Of a stretch of 64,000 bases of DNA, positions 59,859 through 64,000 are shown one piece after another (positions within the stretch are counted from its first letter, which is position 1; every line of letters starts with the position of its first letter). Origin of the DNA: Planctomycetota bacterium (GTDB lineage: Bacteria; Planctomycetota; UBA1135). The notes below the pieces were generated by a model. It did no database searches. It had not been told where the DNA came from and saw nothing but the letters and a program-made list of their open reading frames with translations. The position numbers were made by a program, and so were the translations under genes. The stretch covers positions 96,001-160,000 of the forward strand of contig JASFYO010000002.1 of NCBI GenBank assembly GCA_045047305.1. The letters run 5' to 3'.

Positions 59859-60862
59859 CGCGCCAAATGCGCTGCGATGTCTTCCATCAGCTCGGTCGGG
59901 GTGGAATAACGCACCTCGCGATCCTTGGCCATCATCTTCTCAATGAAGTAGTGCATATGCGGTGAAATCGAACGCCCCTTAAGAGCGGAACCTTTCAAGC
60001 TTTCAAGCACCTGTTTACGCACCATTTCCTGGTCGTCGCCCGCCTCAAAGGGTAGTGAACCCACTACTAAGTGATACAGGGTGGCGCCGAGGGAGTAAAT
60101 ATCTGCGCGGCCATCCAGATCTTGCATGCCTTGCGCTTGCTCCGGGGCCAGATATGCCGCCGTGCCCAAGGTGGTGCCTGCGCCTGCAGTACCCGTCATG
60201 CCTTCCCCAGCAAAACCGAGGTCAATCAACTTCACCCGGCCATCTTTCGCCACCATGACGTTGCCAGGCTTCAAATCGCGGTGCACCACGCCCTGCCCGC
60301 GCATGCCCTCCAGCGCCTCAGCCACTTGCAGCACAATGGAAAGGGCTTGCTTCTCACCAAACTCATGACCTTCGGCGAGCATGTCTTCCAAATTCTTGCC
60401 AGGCACCTTCTCCATTTCCAAGATGATGGTACCGATGAAGCGGAAGGCGCGAAACCCGCGCACCACTCCAGGGACATGCAAGTCCTTAAGTAACTTCACT
60501 TCCTGTAGAAAACGCTTAGCCGCAATCGGATCGACGGCTAAATCAGGGCGCAATATTTTCAGAGCAACGTGCTTAAAATCCTTATTACGCTGCGCTGCGA
60601 AGACTTCCGCAGTGGCACCTGTTCCGAGTAATGCGCCCATCTTGAACCCAGGAATCTCCGGTTTCTGCATCACCTTGGTGCGGCGCAGGAACGCAATCCT
60701 GGCAGCATCCCAATCGGTGACAGCCGCTAAAGCATCATCGAAAGGCACTTCGGCTGCGGCTTCTAAGACGACTGTCGCCAACTCCCGCGCAAGGTATCCG
60801 CGGAAAACTAGTTGAGCGAGGAAGCTTTGATCCTCAGCTGGCACGGGTGGTGATGCCGCCAT
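59855..60862 (-). CDS. Hanks-type Ser/Thr protein kinase (soluble)
   Basis: GTGATAEV, VALK, HRDLKPGN, DLG, GT..YLAPE, DIYSLG. No TM segment. Confidence 0.93.
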   Translation of the reverse strand: MAASPPVPAEDQSFLAQLVFRGYLARELATVVLEAAAEVPFDDALAAVTDWDAARIAFLRRTKVMQKPEIPGFKMGALLGTGATAEVFAAQRNKDFKHVALKILRPDLAVDPIAAKRFLQEVKLLKDLHVPGVVRGFRAFRFIGTIILEMEKVPGKNLEDMLAEGHEFGEKQALSIVLQVAEALEGMRGQGVVHRDLKPGNVMVAKDGRVKLIDLGFAGEGMTGTAGAGTTLGTAAYLAPEQAQGMQDLDGRADIYSLGATLYHLVVGSLPFEAGDDQEMVRKQVLESLKGSALKGRSISPHMHYFIEKMMAKDREVRYSTPTELMEDIAAHLAR

Positions 60863-60876
60863 CAGGCCAACATCCT

Positions 60877-60905
60877 ATATCGGCGAAGGCAGCGTGGGAA
60901 CTTTA
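60877..60905 (-). promoter_or_regulatory. sigma28-like promoter TAAAG-N16-GCCGATAT for the kinase gene
   Basis: Both boxes resemble the FliA/WhiG consensus. Spacer is slightly long. Confidence 0.45.
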
Positions 60906-60930
60906 GGCTTCGGGCGCAAAGCCTTTGGAC

Positions 60931-60958
60931 TCAAGCAAGAAAGCTGAGAAGCCGAAAT
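60931..60958 (+). promoter_or_regulatory. sigma28-like promoter TCAAG-N15-GCCGAAAT for the Clp ATPase gene
   Basis: Both boxes resemble the FliA/WhiG consensus, 44 nt upstream of the ATG. Confidence 0.45.
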
Positions 60959-61002
60959 AACCACGTCTGGCATTTTCCCGCCAGGCCACCCCACTGCCTG
61001 TC

Positions 61003-62289
61003 ATGTCTAACGGAACCGGAATCGTCTACAAATACTTCGACCTCATCGACGGGTTTATCCGCGTCAGAGTCTTGGGCCAAGATGTCTCACTCTCAGTGTT
61101 GCAGAAAGGTGTGGGCGAACCCCCTAGTCGCAGAGAATACCGCCGCTTGGTAGTGGAAAACTGTGTCATTGGAGTCGAAGACGAAGTGTTGCCCAAGGTG
61201 CACTCCATCTACCCAGAAGACACCATCGCAGCGGAAGATTTGCTGTATCAGATTTGTGTCGACGTCAATCCAAGCCTGGAAATCCATTCGGTTGCTTTGC
61301 CAGCAGAGGGTGCTCAAGAAGAAGTTGAAGACGAGGCCATGGAATCATTCCGTGAGCGCGCAGGTTTACTCCGCAACGCGGTGCTCAAGGAGTTGATTGG
61401 GCAAGATGAGGCCGTCAATAAGATCTGCCGTACGGTGCGCAAAGCCGCAAGTGGGATTGGAGACCCGCAACGTCCGGTTGGAAGTTTCCTTCTAGTAGGA
61501 CGCACCGGAACTGGCAAAACTGAGCTGGCAAAATCGCTCGCACGCCATCTATTCGAAAGTAACAACCTAGTCCGTATTGATTGTTCTGAGTTCGCTCTCC
61601 CCCACGAAACAGCGAAACTCATCGGTGCCCCTCCTGGATACGTTGGCCACAACGATGGCGGAACACTTACCGAAGCGCTGATGCGCGACCCCCACGCGGT
61701 AGTGCTCTTCGACGAGATTGAGAAAGGTCACGAAAAGTTGCACAACATGCTGCTTCAGATTCTGGACGACGGCCGCCTTACCGACAGTAAAGGCAACACG
61801 GTTTCCTTCACCAAATCCTTGGTGTTGATGACATCGAACGTAGGCACGGCAGATTACTCCGAAGCGACCAATCGCCTTGGCTTTGGCCGCAATGGTAGTT
61901 TGGATGATTGTGATTTCCAGTCGATTACCTCCGAAGCCTTACGCCGGAGCTTTAAGCCAGAGTTGATGAACCGTCTCGACGGAGTCCTCACCTTCCGCGC
62001 TTTGTCTCCGGATGACTGCACGCATATCGCAGAACTGCAATTGCAGAAACTGCGCAGCCGCATGGACAATGCTGGCATCCGCCTGAAGTGGTCGAAACGC
62101 CTAGCGAAAGCCGTTGCCGAGGCCGGTTATTGTGAAGAATTCGGCGCTCGGGAAGTGCGGCGTGCGATTGCACGTCTGGTAGAAGAACCACTCTCCAACG
62201 CCATTCTGGATGGAGAATTCGCCTCAGGCCATAAAGTCACCGCCGGTTGGCGTGGCGGCAAGGTGATTTTCCGCGGCGACGCTGCCTAA
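61003..62289 (+). CDS. Single-module Clp/Hsp100 AAA+ ATPase (ClpA/C D2-type)
   Basis: IGQDEAV, GRTGTGKTELAK, GAPPGYVG, LFDEIEK, MTSNVG, LGF loop, PELMNRLD, GAREVRR. Confidence 0.88.
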   Translation: MSNGTGIVYKYFDLIDGFIRVRVLGQDVSLSVLQKGVGEPPSRREYRRLVVENCVIGVEDEVLPKVHSIYPEDTIAAEDLLYQICVDVNPSLEIHSVALPAEGAQEEVEDEAMESFRERAGLLRNAVLKELIGQDEAVNKICRTVRKAASGIGDPQRPVGSFLLVGRTGTGKTELAKSLARHLFESNNLVRIDCSEFALPHETAKLIGAPPGYVGHNDGGTLTEALMRDPHAVVLFDEIEKGHEKLHNMLLQILDDGRLTDSKGNTVSFTKSLVLMTSNVGTADYSEATNRLGFGRNGSLDDCDFQSITSEALRRSFKPELMNRLDGVLTFRALSPDDCTHIAELQLQKLRSRMDNAGIRLKWSKRLAKAVAEAGYCEEFGAREVRRAIARLVEEPLSNAILDGEFASGHKVTAGWRGGKVIFRGDAA

Positions 62290-62345
62290 TCCGCGTCCAA
62301 ACTGCAGGGTTACCCACCACCGAGGCAAGGCTATCCTGTGCCTCG

Positions 62346-63737
62346 ATGTTGGCTGCCCTCCTCCTTTCACTCCCGATTGCCCTAGCGTCTGCTGCGCAGG
62401 AGCAAGCCCCATTGCGCCTCAAGCAAGACCAAGTTGCGGTGTGGAATGGTGGCTCCATTAGCCAAGATCGGTTTGACCGTTTCCTCGGTGCCAACGCGCA
62501 TTATCAAGAAACTGGGCGCGAGGCTTTAACCCACATCTTGCAAATCCAAGTGGTACAGATTGAAGCCGATGCGCGAGGGCTGAAAGTCGATTCCAAAGCA
62601 GTCGACGCAAGGGTCCAAGATGCGCGTGAGCAGATCGAGCTTGCTGGAAAAAGCCTGGAGGTTCTACTCAGTGCCCGCCAAATGGGAATGAAGGAATTCC
62701 GTTCCTTGATGCGCGACTCCTTGCTTCACGAACAACTGGTACGAGCCGACCGCAACCTTCCAGAATCCGCGGCCTTAACTCCAGAAATGCTGCTCGAGTG
62801 GACCAATGCGCGCATCGCTGAGCTCCTAGTGCTCTCGGCTTCCGCGCCGACTGGGATGATGCTCGACGCCCCCCCTTTCCGCGTCTCGGAACAAGAGGTT
62901 GGCGCCATCATCCGCCAAACGACTGGCAACGAAGACCTGGTGGATCGCGTGGAGCAGCTTGTTTTGATGGAAGCCTTGCCGCAATGGGCTGCAAGGCAGA
63001 AGATCCCACTGACCGACGACATCCTCCACCGCGAGATTGAATGGCGGCGTAAACGCGTGGATGAAAATCCAGCCTATGGTGGCACCACTTATGAAGATTT
63101 ACTGAAGGTGCGCAACTCCACCGTGGAGGCCGTGTTCAAATCAGAAGAACTGCGGGTTGCTGGTTATCTTCGATTACTGGCAGCGCAGCGCTATCCCGAT
63201 TCGTGGTTTGATGGCTTGAGCAGCAAGCAACGCAGTGCCTTTGACAATGAATACGGTGCCTCGCGCCGAGTGGGTTGGATTTTGATGCGCGCGCATGAAG
63301 AAAAAGAAGGCCCCTTAGATCTCACTTTTGAAGAAGCTAGCGATGAGCTATTGAAACTGCGAGATCGCATCAAGAGCGCGGATGATTTCCGCTCGATTGC
63401 GGCAGATTACTCGGAAGACCAAATCACCGGCCGACGTCAAGGCATGCTCGGTTGGGTACATCGTCAGGAGGAAGGGGTGACTCCGCAAATTTGCGCAGCT
63501 GCCTTTGAGGCTCCGGGAAAGGGCATTTTCGGCCCGGTAAAAATCACCGACCCAAACCCCTTTGCTCCCGTCAGTGGTATGGCCTTAATCCTCGTCGACG
63601 GAGTGCGTGAAGCTCCATCCGAAGCCGATTTCCGTGCTCTAGTACGTCGCGGCCAGCACCGCCAACTACGCTCCCAGTTCTTAAACGAAATCAACTTAAC
63701 CAGCCGCTGGACCCGACGCTTCGACAAAGCACATTAG
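62346..63737 (+). CDS. Exported SurA/PrsA-like peptidyl-prolyl isomerase
   Basis: Signal peptide, duplicated SurA-N-like helices, parvulin F..IA.DYSED..GMLGW..AAF..GPV. ATG at 62346. Confidence 0.78.
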   Translation: MLAALLLSLPIALASAAQEQAPLRLKQDQVAVWNGGSISQDRFDRFLGANAHYQETGREALTHILQIQVVQIEADARGLKVDSKAVDARVQDAREQIELAGKSLEVLLSARQMGMKEFRSLMRDSLLHEQLVRADRNLPESAALTPEMLLEWTNARIAELLVLSASAPTGMMLDAPPFRVSEQEVGAIIRQTTGNEDLVDRVEQLVLMEALPQWAARQKIPLTDDILHREIEWRRKRVDENPAYGGTTYEDLLKVRNSTVEAVFKSEELRVAGYLRLLAAQRYPDSWFDGLSSKQRSAFDNEYGASRRVGWILMRAHEEKEGPLDLTFEEASDELLKLRDRIKSADDFRSIAADYSEDQITGRRQGMLGWVHRQEEGVTPQICAAAFEAPGKGIFGPVKITDPNPFAPVSGMALILVDGVREAPSEADFRALVRRGQHRQLRSQFLNEINLTSRWTRRFDKAH

Positions 63738-64000
63738 TCTTTAGGACCGGCTGGTTGCGGCATGCTCTGTTGATTCAATGAAAGCAGACTCATTGCAGTT
63801 CCAAAGTGGGAGCTGCGTGGGAAAACACGGTCGTTGAAGGTCCAGGAATCCGCATCCATGCTTTGCAGAAGCAGTTCAGAGTAACTTGTGCGCAGAGCCG
63901 GACGCTCTTCCTCGGGCAGCTGCTCCATCGCTAAGGACGCGTAGTAATGCGCATAATAAAAGTAGTACGGAGCGATTCCATATTCGCCTTTATGCGTTCC
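63734..64000 (-). CDS. 3' end of a protein, possibly prenyltransferase/squalene-cyclase alpha-barrel fold
   Basis: Frame open to the window edge: APYYFYYAHYYASLA..LLQSMDADSW..FGTAMSLLSL. Confidence 0.5.
   Translation of the reverse strand, partial: GTHKGEYGIAPYYFYYAHYYASLAMEQLPEEERPALRTSYSELLLQSMDADSWTFNDRVFPRSSHFGTAMSLLSLNQQSMPQPAGPKD

Noticed and set aside
1..64000. Apparently frequent CTAG sites and TAG stop codons
   Set aside because: An impression only; not counted and not tied to any mechanism from this window.

Overview
A gene-dense bacterial chromosomal segment of moderately high GC with about 48 CDS. I found no rRNA, tRNA, CRISPR array, IS element or prophage. Gene content (ribH-nusB-ftsY synteny, PilM-PilN fusion, soluble Ser/Thr kinase, FHA protein, many TPR and SurA-like exported proteins) suggests a PVC-group organism, probably an uncultured Planctomycetota lineage; this is inference only. 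Left to right: trkH with an orphan adenine methyltransferase; amino-acid catabolism genes (Lrp with methionine gamma-lyase-like gene, ppsA, acetoacetate-CoA ligase, kbl, tdh); a complete but divergent elongasome operon (mreB-mreC-mreD-mrdA-rodA) preceded by a coiled-coil membrane protein and a small basic membrane protein; moeA-lnt; a two-permease RND system; ribH-nusB-ftsY and an O-antigen-ligase/TPR gene. Next is a ~18 kb translationally coupled type IV filament (T4P/T2SS-like) operon: FHA membrane protein, PilMN, PilO, TPR protein, pilin-like genes in the order G-H-K-J-I including a 1633-aa GspK/PilX-like protein, a Zn-finger protein, a lipoprotein and scpB. The window ends with rsmE, an M1 peptidase, a kinase-YkgJ-peptidase-radC run, and a divergent single-ring Clp-type ATPase behind paired sigma28-like promoters. 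The filament operon and its giant repeat-containing tip subunit are the best candidates for an undescribed system. All calls come from reading motifs by eye; no database search was run.
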